Shown piece by piece: positions 55,292 to 64,000 of a DNA stretch of 64,000 nucleotides. Origin of the DNA: Dehalococcoidia bacterium. GTDB taxonomy: Bacteria; Chloroflexota; Dehalococcoidia; Bin125. The stretch's first letter is position 1. Each line of letters starts with the position of its first letter. The notes beneath the pieces are model-generated. The model did no database searches. It worked only from the letters and a program-made list of their open reading frames with translations, and had not been told where the DNA came from. Position numbers and translations under genes: made by a program. Location: assembly GCA_965207695.1 (NCBI GenBank), contig CBDBNA010000010.1:31764-95763 (forward strand). Reading direction: 5' to 3'.

Positions 55292-55777
55292 GTGGTTGTG
55301 CGACATTCCAGATGGTTCGTCCCCCTGATTGTGTCGGTGCTCTTGCTCACCACGCTGGCTTGTGGCGCCGACTCCGGTGCTGCGAAAACTACTCAAGCAG
55401 GTGAGGAGTTGTTCGTTGCGAACTGCGCCGTCTGTCACGGACAGGGAGGTGAGGGGCAACGCGATTGGCGGGTCAGGAAGCCCGATGGAACGTTGCCGGC
55501 GCCACCGCTGAACGGCGACGGGCACACGTGGCACCACGCCGACGGGCTCCTGTATCGCATCGTCAGCGAGGGTGGGAATCTGTTTGAAGATGCGAATTCC
55601 TCCGCCTTCAAGAGCGCCATGCCGGCGTTCGGCGATCGGCTGACCCACGAGGAGATCATCGCGGTGCTCACCTACGTGAAGAGCCTCTGGGCGGACAAGA
55701 CCGACCTCGGATTCTCGATCAGTGAGTCCCAGGCCCTGGTGAGCGAGCAGGATCCGTTCCCGCCGGGCGGGGAGTAG
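55292..55777 (+). CDS. c-type cytochrome (class I), probable lipoprotein
   Basis: CAVCH heme-binding motif and distal Met region (KSAMPAFG). Lipobox LTTLAC. GTG start. Lower-GC segment. Confidence 0.8.
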   Translation: MVVRHSRWFVPLIVSVLLLTTLACGADSGAAKTTQAGEELFVANCAVCHGQGGEGQRDWRVRKPDGTLPAPPLNGDGHTWHHADGLLYRIVSEGGNLFEDANSSAFKSAMPAFGDRLTHEEIIAVLTYVKSLWADKTDLGFSISESQALVSEQDPFPPGGE

Positions 55778-55938
55778 ACAGCTGACCGTTGGACTCGAGT
55801 TGAGCGGCGTTCCGCCAAGCTCAGTCGCACGTGTTCATCGTGACCCGGCGGGCGAGAGCCTGAGCCCCGACGGCCGCGAGGATGTGAATCCGGCCACCGG
55901 GAAGGTCGCGGCGACCCGAACGCGATGACGGCGCCGGC

Positions 55939-57105
55939 TCACCACCTGGAGGACTCTTCCGCATGGACGTGGTCCGGCAGCCGGTAGGTGATCCCCGCCT
56001 CGTCGACCGTCGAGACATCGAGCATGGCGCTCAGCTTGTTGGTTCTCCGGGCGCGACTCTTGAACAGCCGGTTCATGTAGTCGTCGTACCGGTTCTGCAT
56101 GCGGAACCACCAGAGCACCCCGAAGGTCGGGTAGCGCGGGAACATGAGCTGGTCGGCGACCTGCGGTCCGATGAGCGCGCGCGAGACCCGGAAGACGTAG
56201 TGCGCCAGCTTCCGGCGGGCGGCCGGTTCGGTGATCCCCGCGATCAACGGAGAGGAGTTGACCAGCGCATTCGCCAGGGAAATCGACTCGAGTTCGGCAT
56301 CGGGCTCGCAGGCCAGGCCGATCTCGAAGGTCTCCAGGGCATCCGATTCCTCGTGGAACAGGATCGTCTCGGGGATGCCCATGAGATGACCGGAGTAGCG
56401 CCAGACCTGCATGAAGCTGGCGCGCTCTTCGTCGTCGAACTGGGCGCCGAGGCGCTCCAGGTGTTTCAGGGACCTCGCGGAGAACGCGGTGATCGCGAAG
56501 CCCGTGTGGGCGGCGCTGACCGGCGTGCCCCAGGCGTCATGGTCCCAGTCGTCCGAGGCGTCCAGCAGGCGCCTGACCATCGCATGGACCAGCCGGATGC
56601 GCACGGACAGCTTCCATCCATCGCCGTCTCTGTCGAGGCCGCCGGGGAGGAAGATTTCCACCATGTGGCGGTTGTTCTGTCTCAGCCGTCGAATGCCCTG
56701 ATCTCGCACCTTCCCCGTGATGAAGAAGGACTTGGCGATATTCGTGGCGAATCCCTCCACCAAGGTGCCGCCCACCATCGCCCCCAGCACCAACTGCGAG
56801 TTGCGGTGGAACATGCGGATGCCGGGGCGGTGCCCGGGCAGGTCGAGCCAGTCGGGCGGCACCGCGCAGGACTCGAAGAACGCCCGCAGGACGGCCGGCG
56901 CGTCCCGCAGCGCGCGTTCGTCGCCGTCCATGCCGATCTGGATCAGCCTGCCCAACTCCTCCTGGCCGAGAGGGGCAAGCTCCTCCAGCAGTTCGTCGGC
57001 TTCAGGGTCGCCGACGACCGTATGAGCGATGTACTTCCGCGCCCGTTCCGGATCGAGCGCCCGGGCCGCCTCGTAGCCCGTCGTGTAGGCCGATGGGATC
57101 TTCAC
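55939..57105 (-). CDS. MpaB/DUF2236-family oxygenase
   Basis: GTG 57105 after GAGGGG. RIRLVHAMVRR and surrounding pattern are typical of DUF2236. 388 aa. Lower-GC segment. Confidence 0.8.
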   Translation of the reverse strand: MKIPSAYTTGYEAARALDPERARKYIAHTVVGDPEADELLEELAPLGQEELGRLIQIGMDGDERALRDAPAVLRAFFESCAVPPDWLDLPGHRPGIRMFHRNSQLVLGAMVGGTLVEGFATNIAKSFFITGKVRDQGIRRLRQNNRHMVEIFLPGGLDRDGDGWKLSVRIRLVHAMVRRLLDASDDWDHDAWGTPVSAAHTGFAITAFSARSLKHLERLGAQFDDEERASFMQVWRYSGHLMGIPETILFHEESDALETFEIGLACEPDAELESISLANALVNSSPLIAGITEPAARRKLAHYVFRVSRALIGPQVADQLMFPRYPTFGVLWWFRMQNRYDDYMNRLFKSRARRTNKLSAMLDVSTVDEAGITYRLPDHVHAEESSRW

Positions 57106-57139
57106 GATTCTCGCCCCTCATCGGCCCGATTTCCCCTGC

Positions 57140-57148
57140 ATTCTAGCA
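57140..57148 (-). promoter_or_regulatory. extended -10 box TGCTAGAAT upstream of the MpaB-like gene
   Basis: Read on the minus strand, about 35 nt upstream of the start codon. Same TGcTAnnnT form as in elements A, B and C. Confidence 0.4.
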
Positions 57149-57215
57149 CTCATTGCCCGCGTCGAGAGGTCCGCACCAGGCGGGCGGATCGGCTCAGTTC
57201 TGTCTACCGTGAAGT

Positions 57216-57292
57216 GTGGTGGAGCTGGGGGGACTCGAACCCCCGGCCTTCTGACTGCCAGTCAGACGCTCTCCCAACTGAGCTACAGCCCC
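57216..57292 (-). tRNA. tRNA-Ala (anticodon GGC), CCA encoded
   Basis: Minus-strand read GGGGCTGTAGCTCAGTTGGGAGAGCGTCTGACTGGCAGTCAGAAGGCCGGGGGTTCGAGTCCCCCCAGCTCCACCA. Folds as a cloverleaf with G3:U70 and anticodon loop CTGGCAG. Confidence 0.95.
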
Positions 57293-57305
57293 AGACAGCG
57301 GGGCC

Positions 57306-57335
57306 ATCGTAGACACGGCCGCCGGGGACCGGCAA
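57306..57335 (-). promoter_or_regulatory. candidate tRNA-Ala promoter TTGCCG-18 nt-TACGAT
   Basis: Minus-strand hexamers at 57335-57330 and 57311-57306. The -10 ends 13 nt before the mature tRNA 5' end. Confidence 0.35.
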
Positions 57336-57416
57336 TCCGGCGGCCGGCCGGTCGGCGCTTGACCCCCCGCCGGGGGCAGCGGAGCATCGGCGGGACGGTG
57401 AGTCCGGAGGCCGGCA

Positions 57417-58670
57417 ATGACGGACGCGATCCCCCCCGACAGCGCAGGTGGCCCGCCGCTGGCGCTGTCGCGGCTCCGCGTCCTCGACCTGTCGCGGCTC
57501 GCGCCCGGCCCCTACTGCACGATGTTGCTGGGCGACTTGGGGGCCGACGTCCTCGTCATCGACGACGCACGCGACGTCCGGGCGGAGCCAGCGGCCGCGC
57601 CGCACGATGAGACCGCGCTGCGCCGCGCCGCCTCCGACGCGACCCTGCGCCGCAACAAGCGATCGCTGGCCCTCAACCTCAAGACCGAAGCCGCCCGCCA
57701 GGTCTTCTACCGCCTGGCGGACGAGGCCGACATCGTGCTGGAGGGATTCCGGCCCGGCGTCGTGAAGCGCTTGGGCGTCGACTACGACACCCTGGCCGCC
57801 CGCAACCCGCGCCTGATCTACTGCTCGCTGAGTGGCTACGGGCAGACCGGGCCCTACGCCGCCCACGTGGGCCACGACATCAACTACATCGCGACCAGCG
57901 GCGCGCTCGCGGCCTCCGGCAGCGACGCGCCCGGCCCCGAGGGGCCCGGCCGGCCCGCGATCCCGCTCAACCTCCTGGCCGACTTCGCGGGCGGGGGCCT
58001 GATGGCCGCCTTCGCCATCCTCGCCGCGGTCGTCGCGCGCGAGCACACGGGCCGGGGACAGTACATCGACCTCGCCATGTCGGACGGCGTGCTGTCGCTG
58101 CTGACCGCGCCGATGGCGGCGCACTTCGCGATCGGAACCGACCTGGCGCCGCGCAGCTACGTGCTCAACGGCGGCGCGCCCTACTACGACGTCTACCGCA
58201 CGTCCGACGGCCGCTGGTTCAGCCTCGGCGCGGTCGAGCCGAAGTTCTTCGCCAACCTCTGCACCGCGGTCGATCGGGAGGATCTGATCCCGCTGCAGAA
58301 CGACGACGATCCCGCCGCCCGCTCCCGGCTGCGCGACGCGTTGGATGCCATCTTCCGGACTCGCACGGCCGAGGAGTGGTTCGCGCTGCTGAACCAGACC
58401 GACGTCTGCGCCGCTCCCGTGCTCACCCCGGCGGAGGCCGCCGCCGATCCACACAACCTCGCCCGCGAGATGATCCTCGACGCGCCCCGCCCGGACGGCT
58501 CCGGCGAGACGATGCGTCAGGTCGGGATCGCCGCGAAGCTCGGCGCGACCCCCGGCCGCGTGCGAGCCCCGGCCCCCACCCCCGGCCGCGATACCGACGC
58601 CGTGCTGCGGGATCTGGGCATGGATGACGCCGCAATCGCGGCGCTGCGGGAGTCGGGGGCCGTGGCCTGA
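57417..58670 (+). CDS. family III CoA-transferase (CaiB/BaiF; racemase-like)
   Basis: ATG 57417, 6 nt after GGAGG. LRVLDLSRLAPGPYCTMLLGDLGADVLVID. 417 aa. Confidence 0.9.
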   Translation: MTDAIPPDSAGGPPLALSRLRVLDLSRLAPGPYCTMLLGDLGADVLVIDDARDVRAEPAAAPHDETALRRAASDATLRRNKRSLALNLKTEAARQVFYRLADEADIVLEGFRPGVVKRLGVDYDTLAARNPRLIYCSLSGYGQTGPYAAHVGHDINYIATSGALAASGSDAPGPEGPGRPAIPLNLLADFAGGGLMAAFAILAAVVAREHTGRGQYIDLAMSDGVLSLLTAPMAAHFAIGTDLAPRSYVLNGGAPYYDVYRTSDGRWFSLGAVEPKFFANLCTAVDREDLIPLQNDDDPAARSRLRDALDAIFRTRTAEEWFALLNQTDVCAAPVLTPAEAAADPHNLAREMILDAPRPDGSGETMRQVGIAAKLGATPGRVRAPAPTPGRDTDAVLRDLGMDDAAIAALRESGAVA

Positions 58671-58681
58671 GCGGTCGGCGG

Positions 58682-60004
58682 TCAGGCGTCCGGGCCGCCC
58701 TCCAGGCCCGACTCCAGGGGCCCGCCGAGGGCGTGCTCGGCCATGCGCGGCAGGCCGAGCGGCTCGGCCGCCAGCGGGTGCGCCCGGTGTACGCGCAGCC
58801 AGAGGAGCCCGCTGATCAGCGACAGCCCGCCGACCAGCGCCGCCGCGACCGCGAACGTCGCCGGGAGGTCGATCCGGTCCGCCACCAGTCCCAGCACCGG
58901 CATGATGGGGACCAGCGCGACGCTGTAGACCATCAGGTTCAGCGACAGCACGGTCGCGCGCTGGTCCGACGGGACGCGGTGGTTGATGTACCCGATCGTG
59001 AGCGGCCCGCTCACCGACCGGGCCAGCGGGATCAGCGCGATGAAGGCCAGGGCGCCGATGTGGTCCCACGCCGCCGCGCCCGCGAAGCCGATCGTCGCCA
59101 GCAGCGCGACGATGGCCAGCGCCCCCGGCGTGCCGCCCAGCCGCAGCAGCCGGAAGGCGAGCAGTCCGCCCAAGGCCGATCCCAGCCACATCGGCACCTG
59201 CAGCAGCGAGAACTCCCAGCCGATCGTGACGTCGTGACTGAGGAGGAACGGCTGGATCAGGATGATCATCACCATCGGGCAGGTGGTCAGGACGCCTCCC
59301 AGCGGCATCAGGGCCAGCACGGCCGGCCGCTCGCGGATGGTCCGCGCCGCCTCGCGGATGCCCCGCAGGTAGGACGCTGGCGCCGCGCCCGTCTCGTGAT
59401 GGGGCGGCTCGCGGAACAGCGCCGTCGTGATCGCCAGCAGCGCCATCGTGCCGGCGCTCAGGAAGATCGTCGCCTGCATCCCCACCACGCCGGCCACCGG
59501 CCCCCCGGCCAGCGTGGCGGCGAGCACGCCCGCCGCGCTCAGCGCGGCGCCCCGCCCGGCGATGCGTTCGAATTCCCGCTCCCGCCGCAACTGGCGCAGC
59601 GTGTCGTAGAGCAGGGCGGCGTCGGCGCCCGAGGTGAACGTCAGCGCGGTCGCCCAGAGCATGTACGAGCCCAGGATGAGCGGGATGGTGTCGGCGAGGC
59701 CGAAGGCGAACATGGCGACCGTCGTCGTCACCGCGCCCAGGAGCAGCGACACGCGCCGCCCCCAGCGGTCGGCGACGGCGCCCGTCGGCACTTCGGCCAG
59801 CGTCGCCATGAGCCAGAAGGGCGACTCGATGAGTGCGACCTGCCCCACACTGAGCCCGCGGTCGAGCAGCAGGAACGCGACGAAGATGGGGATCAGCAGC
59901 CACATCTCGGAGAGCAGCTTGAACACGTAGTAGACGCGGAGGTTGCGCTCATAGGCGCGGCGCAGGTCGGGCGGGGGCGGCGAAACGCGGGCGCGCGAGG
60001 ACAT
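58682..60004 (-). CDS. MFS transporter
   Basis: Trimmed to ATG 60004. 12 hydrophobic segments and the AVADRWGRR loop motif. Confidence 0.8.
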   Translation of the reverse strand: MSSRARVSPPPPDLRRAYERNLRVYYVFKLLSEMWLLIPIFVAFLLLDRGLSVGQVALIESPFWLMATLAEVPTGAVADRWGRRVSLLLGAVTTTVAMFAFGLADTIPLILGSYMLWATALTFTSGADAALLYDTLRQLRREREFERIAGRGAALSAAGVLAATLAGGPVAGVVGMQATIFLSAGTMALLAITTALFREPPHHETGAAPASYLRGIREAARTIRERPAVLALMPLGGVLTTCPMVMIILIQPFLLSHDVTIGWEFSLLQVPMWLGSALGGLLAFRLLRLGGTPGALAIVALLATIGFAGAAAWDHIGALAFIALIPLARSVSGPLTIGYINHRVPSDQRATVLSLNLMVYSVALVPIMPVLGLVADRIDLPATFAVAAALVGGLSLISGLLWLRVHRAHPLAAEPLGLPRMAEHALGGPLESGLEGGPDA

Positions 60005-60085
60005 GCGGCCCATCGTATGGGCCGCTTCCGCCCCGCCCAATCGCCCGCCCCGCTATCCTCCCGTGCGACCCCAGAGGAGTTCCCC

Positions 60086-61510
60086 GTGGCGCCGCACCCC
60101 TTGGACCCGATCTTTCGTCCCCGCTCCGTGGCCGTCGTCGGCGCGTCGAGCAAACGTGGTCCGGCGAGCTTCGTCGATCACCTGATCGAGCAGGGCTGCC
60201 CGCGGGTGTATCCGGTCAACCCGCGGGGCGGCGTGATCGCGGGCCTGCCCGTCCACCCGACGCTGGCGAGCATTCCCGGCCCGGTCGACCACGTCATCTC
60301 GTCGATCCCGGCCAACCTGGTGGAGCCGATGCTGGAGGAGGCCGGCGCGAAGGGCGTCCGCAGCATCCACTTCTTCACGGCGGGCTTCGCCGAGACCGGC
60401 GAGGCCGATCGGCTGGCCCTGCAGGACCGCATCGTGCGGCGCGCCAAGGAGCTGGACATCCGCCTCGTGGGCCCCAACTGCCTGGGCCTCTACGTGCCCG
60501 CCAGCGGCCTCACTTTCGCCGGCGGCTGCGCGAAGGAGAGCGGCCCCGTGGCGTTCTGGGCGCAGAGCGGTACCAACGCCAACACGGCCATCTACGACGG
60601 CCAATTGCGCGGGCTGCGCTTCTCGAAGGTGGTCTCGTTCGGCAACGCCGTCGACGTGAACGCGGCCGAGCTCTGCCGCTACGCGCTCGCCGACCCGGAG
60701 ACCGAGATCGTGGGGACGTACATCGAGGGGCTGCCCGACGCGCGCGACCTGTTCGCCGCGCTGCGGGCGCTGGCCGCCGAGAAGCCGGTCGCGCTGCTGA
60801 AGGGCGGCATGACGCAGGCCGGTGCGCGCTCCACCCGGTCGCACACCGCCTCCCTGGCCGGCAGCGCCGAGATCTGGCGGGCCGCCGCCGCCCAGGTCAA
60901 CGCCGTCCTCGTCGACCGCATGGAGGAGGCGATCGACATGCTGGTCGGCTGGCGATTCGGCGCCGTGCCGCGGGGCGGCCGGGTGGCCCTGGTGGTCGGG
61001 GGCGGCGGGGTGTCCGTGCAGGGCTCCGACGACATCGCCGCCACCGGTCTCACCCTGCCCGACCTCAGTTCCGCCACGGCGGAGGCCCTGCGCGAGATCA
61101 CGCCGATCGCGGGGACCAGCATCCGCAACCCCGTCGATACGCAGGCGCTGTGGCGGGGCGTGGGCCTCGCCCCGACGCTGGAAGCCATCGCCGCGGACGA
61201 CCACCTCGATGCGCTGATCGTCCAGGCCGGCCACGGCTGGGGCGCCGTCTCGAGCCCCGGCGATGCCCACAAGCGACAAGCGCGTCTGCTGTCCGAACTG
61301 GAGCAGGCCACGCCCCGGCTGACCGAGATCGGCAAGCCGGTCGCGGTGGTGGTCCCCTCGTCGCACGAGCCCGCCAGCGCGCGGCTGAACGGTGAGCTGA
61401 TGCAACGGATCGTCGCGGCCGGCTACCCGGCGTTCGGCAGCATCCCGGCCGCCGCGCGCACCCTGCAGCGGCTCAATCGCTGGCGCGCGCGGCGCGAGGC
61501 CCGCGGCTGA
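60086..61510 (+). CDS. CoA-binding / NDP-forming acyl-CoA synthetase alpha-like protein
   Basis: GTG 60086, 6 nt after GAGGAG. SVAVVGASSKRG CoA-binding Rossmann, GPNCLGL, SHTASLAG (phospho-His loop-like). No ATP-grasp part seen. Confidence 0.8.
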   Translation: MAPHPLDPIFRPRSVAVVGASSKRGPASFVDHLIEQGCPRVYPVNPRGGVIAGLPVHPTLASIPGPVDHVISSIPANLVEPMLEEAGAKGVRSIHFFTAGFAETGEADRLALQDRIVRRAKELDIRLVGPNCLGLYVPASGLTFAGGCAKESGPVAFWAQSGTNANTAIYDGQLRGLRFSKVVSFGNAVDVNAAELCRYALADPETEIVGTYIEGLPDARDLFAALRALAAEKPVALLKGGMTQAGARSTRSHTASLAGSAEIWRAAAAQVNAVLVDRMEEAIDMLVGWRFGAVPRGGRVALVVGGGGVSVQGSDDIAATGLTLPDLSSATAEALREITPIAGTSIRNPVDTQALWRGVGLAPTLEAIAADDHLDALIVQAGHGWGAVSSPGDAHKRQARLLSELEQATPRLTEIGKPVAVVVPSSHEPASARLNGELMQRIVAAGYPAFGSIPAAARTLQRLNRWRARREARG

Positions 61511-61518
61511 GCGCCGGC

Positions 61519-62337
61519 TCAGGCCGGCGGCGGCAGTTCGCGCCGCATGCGACGCACCGCCCGGGGGAAGCGGGCGGGCGTCCGGGACGACTTGCGACAG
61601 GTCACCATCGAGAGCTGCAGCGGCGCGCCCGGCCACGTCACCGCCTGCGCGGCGGGCGGCTCCGCCCCCAGGGCGGCGGCGACCCGGGCCGCGTCGGGCA
61701 TCCATCGTGACGCGCCGGGCCCGGCGAACACGGCCGCCAGGCCGCCCACCTGCACCAGCGGCAGCAGGATCTCCAGCGCGACGGGCAGCTTGGCCAGCGC
61801 CCGGCCCATCGCGCAGGCGTACCGCTCCCGCCCTTCGTCGCCGTCGGCGGCGAAGACTTCGCCCCGCTCCTCCACGACGCGCACGTTGCGCAATCCCAGG
61901 TCGTCCACCAAGGCCCGCAGGTAGTCCGCCCGGCGCGTCCGCGCCTCGACCAGCGTCACCTCGCGGTCGCCGGCGAGGATGGCGATCGGCAGGCCCGGGG
62001 CGCCGCCGCCCGACCCCACCTCCGCGATGGGGCCGTCCGGGACCGTCGCGGCGATCGCCCGCCACCCCGCCAGCGGCTCGGCGACGTGCCGCTGCGCCGC
62101 CTCGCGTGGGTCGCGGATCGTGGTCAGGCCCAGCCGGTCGTTCTCCCGCAGCAGCGTCGCGACGAAGTGCACCAGCTGGCCGGGCGTCCGGCTCGCGCCG
62201 GCCGCGTCGCCGTCGAGGCCCACGGCGGCGAGCGCCTCGTCAACCGCCTGCCCGACGTCGAGCTGCGCGCCGGCGTCCGCCCCGGCGGGCGCCGTGGCCG
62301 GACTCGGGCAACCGGGCGCGTCCGTGCTCCGTCGCAT
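61519..62337 (-). CDS. rsmG: 16S rRNA (guanine527-N7)-methyltransferase
   Basis: C-terminal 272 codons of track ORF 61519..63111. ATG 62337 after GGGGAG. EVGSGGGAPGLPIAI SAM motif. Confidence 0.85.
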   Translation of the reverse strand: MRRSTDAPGCPSPATAPAGADAGAQLDVGQAVDEALAAVGLDGDAAGASRTPGQLVHFVATLLRENDRLGLTTIRDPREAAQRHVAEPLAGWRAIAATVPDGPIAEVGSGGGAPGLPIAILAGDREVTLVEARTRRADYLRALVDDLGLRNVRVVEERGEVFAADGDEGRERYACAMGRALAKLPVALEILLPLVQVGGLAAVFAGPGASRWMPDAARVAAALGAEPPAAQAVTWPGAPLQLSMVTCRKSSRTPARFPRAVRRMRRELPPPA

Positions 62338-62397
62338 TGAACTGCTCCCCATAACGTCCGTTACGATGGTAGGAGCGCACGCACGCGAGGGAGACAT

Positions 62398-63324
62398 ATG
62401 ACTGACATGGACCGTGTCGCCGACGCCGACGCCCCCGAGACCGCCAACGTGGAAGGGGCGCCCCCCGAGGGGCTCGAGGAAGAGATCATCGAGGGCGAAC
62501 CCGGCGGGGACGCGGACACCGGCGCCGTCACGCTCGGCCGCGCCGCCTCGATGTATTTCAGCGCCAACGCCAAGAAGCTCAATCAGCGGCAGCGCGTCGC
62601 CGTCACCCGCTTCGTCTCCTGGGGTGGCAGTGACCGGAACCTGGACAGTCTCACCGCCCATCAGATGAGCCTCTTCCAGGAGGCGCAGGGCGCGAACGTC
62701 GCCGACCTGAGCGACCGGCTGCAGCCGGTCAAGGCCTTCCTTTCCTACGCCAAGAAGAAGGACTGGATGGAGACCAATCTCAGCGTGCACCTGCGCGTCA
62801 AGCGCCCCGTGCGGCGGCGCACGGATCCCAACGGCGCCGCCCAGCCGAGCGCCGAGGACGTCGTCGAGATGACCGCCGAGGGGCTTGAGCTCGCCCGCAG
62901 CGAGCTCGACCGCCTGCGCGGCGAGCGCCCCAACATCGCCCGAAAGCTGGAAGCCGCGATGCTGGACAAGGACTTCCGCGAGAACGCGCCGCTGGATGCG
63001 GCCCGCGACGAGCAGGCCCACCTGGAAGCCCGCATCCGCGACCTGGAGCACCAGGTCGCCCACGCGCGCGTCAGCAACGCCTCGTCGCAGGCCAACGACG
63101 GCCGCGTGCACCTAGGCAGCAGCGTCAGCGCGACGAATCTTGTAAGCAACAAGACCGTTGAGTACACTCTCGTCGGCCAAAACGAGGTGGACGCGGCGGC
63201 CGGGCGGATTTCCATCGCCAGCCCGGTCGGGCGGGCGCTCGTGGGCGCCGCCGCCGGCGACGAGGTCGAAGTGGAAGCCCCGTCCGGGACGATCCGCTTC
63301 CTCGTGGGCGAGGTTTCCGGCTAG
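62398..63324 (+). CDS. GreA/GreB-family factor with ~150-aa N-terminal extension
   Basis: ATG 62398 after GAGGGAGA. C-terminal 160 aa align to GreA (DFRENA...DEQAHLEARIRDLE; SPVGRALVGAAAGD). N-terminal part is acidic plus an integrase SAM-like-looking segment. Confidence 0.8.
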   Translation: MTDMDRVADADAPETANVEGAPPEGLEEEIIEGEPGGDADTGAVTLGRAASMYFSANAKKLNQRQRVAVTRFVSWGGSDRNLDSLTAHQMSLFQEAQGANVADLSDRLQPVKAFLSYAKKKDWMETNLSVHLRVKRPVRRRTDPNGAAQPSAEDVVEMTAEGLELARSELDRLRGERPNIARKLEAAMLDKDFRENAPLDAARDEQAHLEARIRDLEHQVAHARVSNASSQANDGRVHLGSSVSATNLVSNKTVEYTLVGQNEVDAAAGRISIASPVGRALVGAAAGDEVEVEAPSGTIRFLVGEVSG

Positions 63325-63434
63325 CCTTCCGGGTACTTTGGCCCGGCCGTCGCGCGTGCGCGACGCCGGGTCACCCGACCCGGCGGCCCACCGCCGCCCG
63401 CGGCCGGGCGCCCGGCGATGAGGAGTGTCGGCCC

Positions 63435-64000
63435 ATGACCAGCAGCAGCGTCCCCGCGGTCGAGTTCACGATCGGCAACCCCCAGCTCGATTCGGGTCTG
63501 CGCGGCTTCCCCGTCGGCACCTGCTGGACCAGCCAGGTCGACCCTCAGATCGGCGTCACCTACGTCGGCTACCCCATCGCCGAGCTCGCCTACATGCCGC
63601 CCGAGTCGGTGATCTACCTGCTCTTCAACAAGGAACTGCCCAGCGCCGACGAGGCGCGCGCCTTCGCCGCCGACCTCGCCGCCCGCTCGGCGGTGGACCC
63701 GCTCGTGTTCGAGGTGCTGCGCACGCTGCCCAAGCAGGGGCACCCCATGGACTGGCTGGCCGTCGCGCTGACGCTGCTGAGCATGACCGGCAAGGACGGC
63801 GACTACCGGGAGGACGCGCTCAACATGATCGCGCGCGTCCCGGCCTGCCTGGCGGCGATCTTCCGCATCCGCGAGGGTTGGGGGGATCTGATCGACTCCG
63901 ACCCGTCGCTGGGCTACGTCGAGAACTTCGTCCACATGCTGGGCGTGCCCGGCACCGACGAAGCCGCCCTGGCGAAGCTGCTGCGTATCTACTACGTCCT
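63435..64000 (+). CDS. citrate synthase family protein, 3' end off the window edge
   Basis: ATG 63435, 9 nt after AGGAG. Own translation MTSSSVPAVEFTIGNPQLDSGLRGFPVG...LGYVENFVHML, open to the window end. Not in the ORF track because no stop is reached. Confidence 0.85.
   Translation, partial: MTSSSVPAVEFTIGNPQLDSGLRGFPVGTCWTSQVDPQIGVTYVGYPIAELAYMPPESVIYLLFNKELPSADEARAFAADLAARSAVDPLVFEVLRTLPKQGHPMDWLAVALTLLSMTGKDGDYREDALNMIARVPACLAAIFRIREGWGDLIDSDPSLGYVENFVHMLGVPGTDEAALAKLLRIYYV

Noticed and set aside
55785-55800. GGACTCGA 8-mer as a direct repeat of the tRNA-Ala 3' end marking an integrated island
   Set aside because: 8 nt is too short to be meaningful and no integrase or excisionase is present. 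I kept only the compositional observation, as a low-interest finding.

Overview
High-GC, gene-dense bacterial chromosomal segment. I call about 62 protein genes, one tRNA-Ala(GGC) and several repeat or candidate RNA elements. No rRNA, CRISPR array, transposase or integrase was seen.

Core genes: bioA-bioF-bioD, serS, lysS, leuS, greA, htrA-like, rsmD, coaD, purE, rsmG and the start of a citrate synthase.

Accessory and catabolic genes: five family III CoA-transferase genes (one a tandem fusion), two LLM oxidoreductases, two SDRs, two amidohydrolases, a PTE-like hydrolase, a TauD-like dioxygenase with a ThDP enzyme and an ABC binding protein, and a MoxR-DUF58-DUF4129 module. Composition and gene content would fit a Chloroflexota/Thermomicrobia-like or Actinomycetota-like organism; I cannot decide which from sequence alone.

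Many very long ORFs in the track are antisense or read-through shadows caused by high GC, and I trimmed or rejected them.

Most interesting unexplained signals:
1. A lower-GC, tightly coupled three-gene operon of unrecognisable membrane/coiled-coil proteins (31304-32767).
2. Two paralogous loci (36421-36665 and 44808-45012), each with a sigma70-like promoter, a conserved box and an array of exactly 10-nt units phased on TG. One sits upstream of an HTH gene and one is orphan.
3. Three paralogous structured elements around an amidohydrolase gene (23372-25143), with a compensatory base-pair change between copies.
4. A Rosetta-stone fusion of two CoA-transferase modules, and a Gre-factor pair in which the standard-length copy lacks the acidic tip residues while an N-terminally extended paralog keeps them.

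All functional readings are inference from motifs I recognise by eye. No database search was run.
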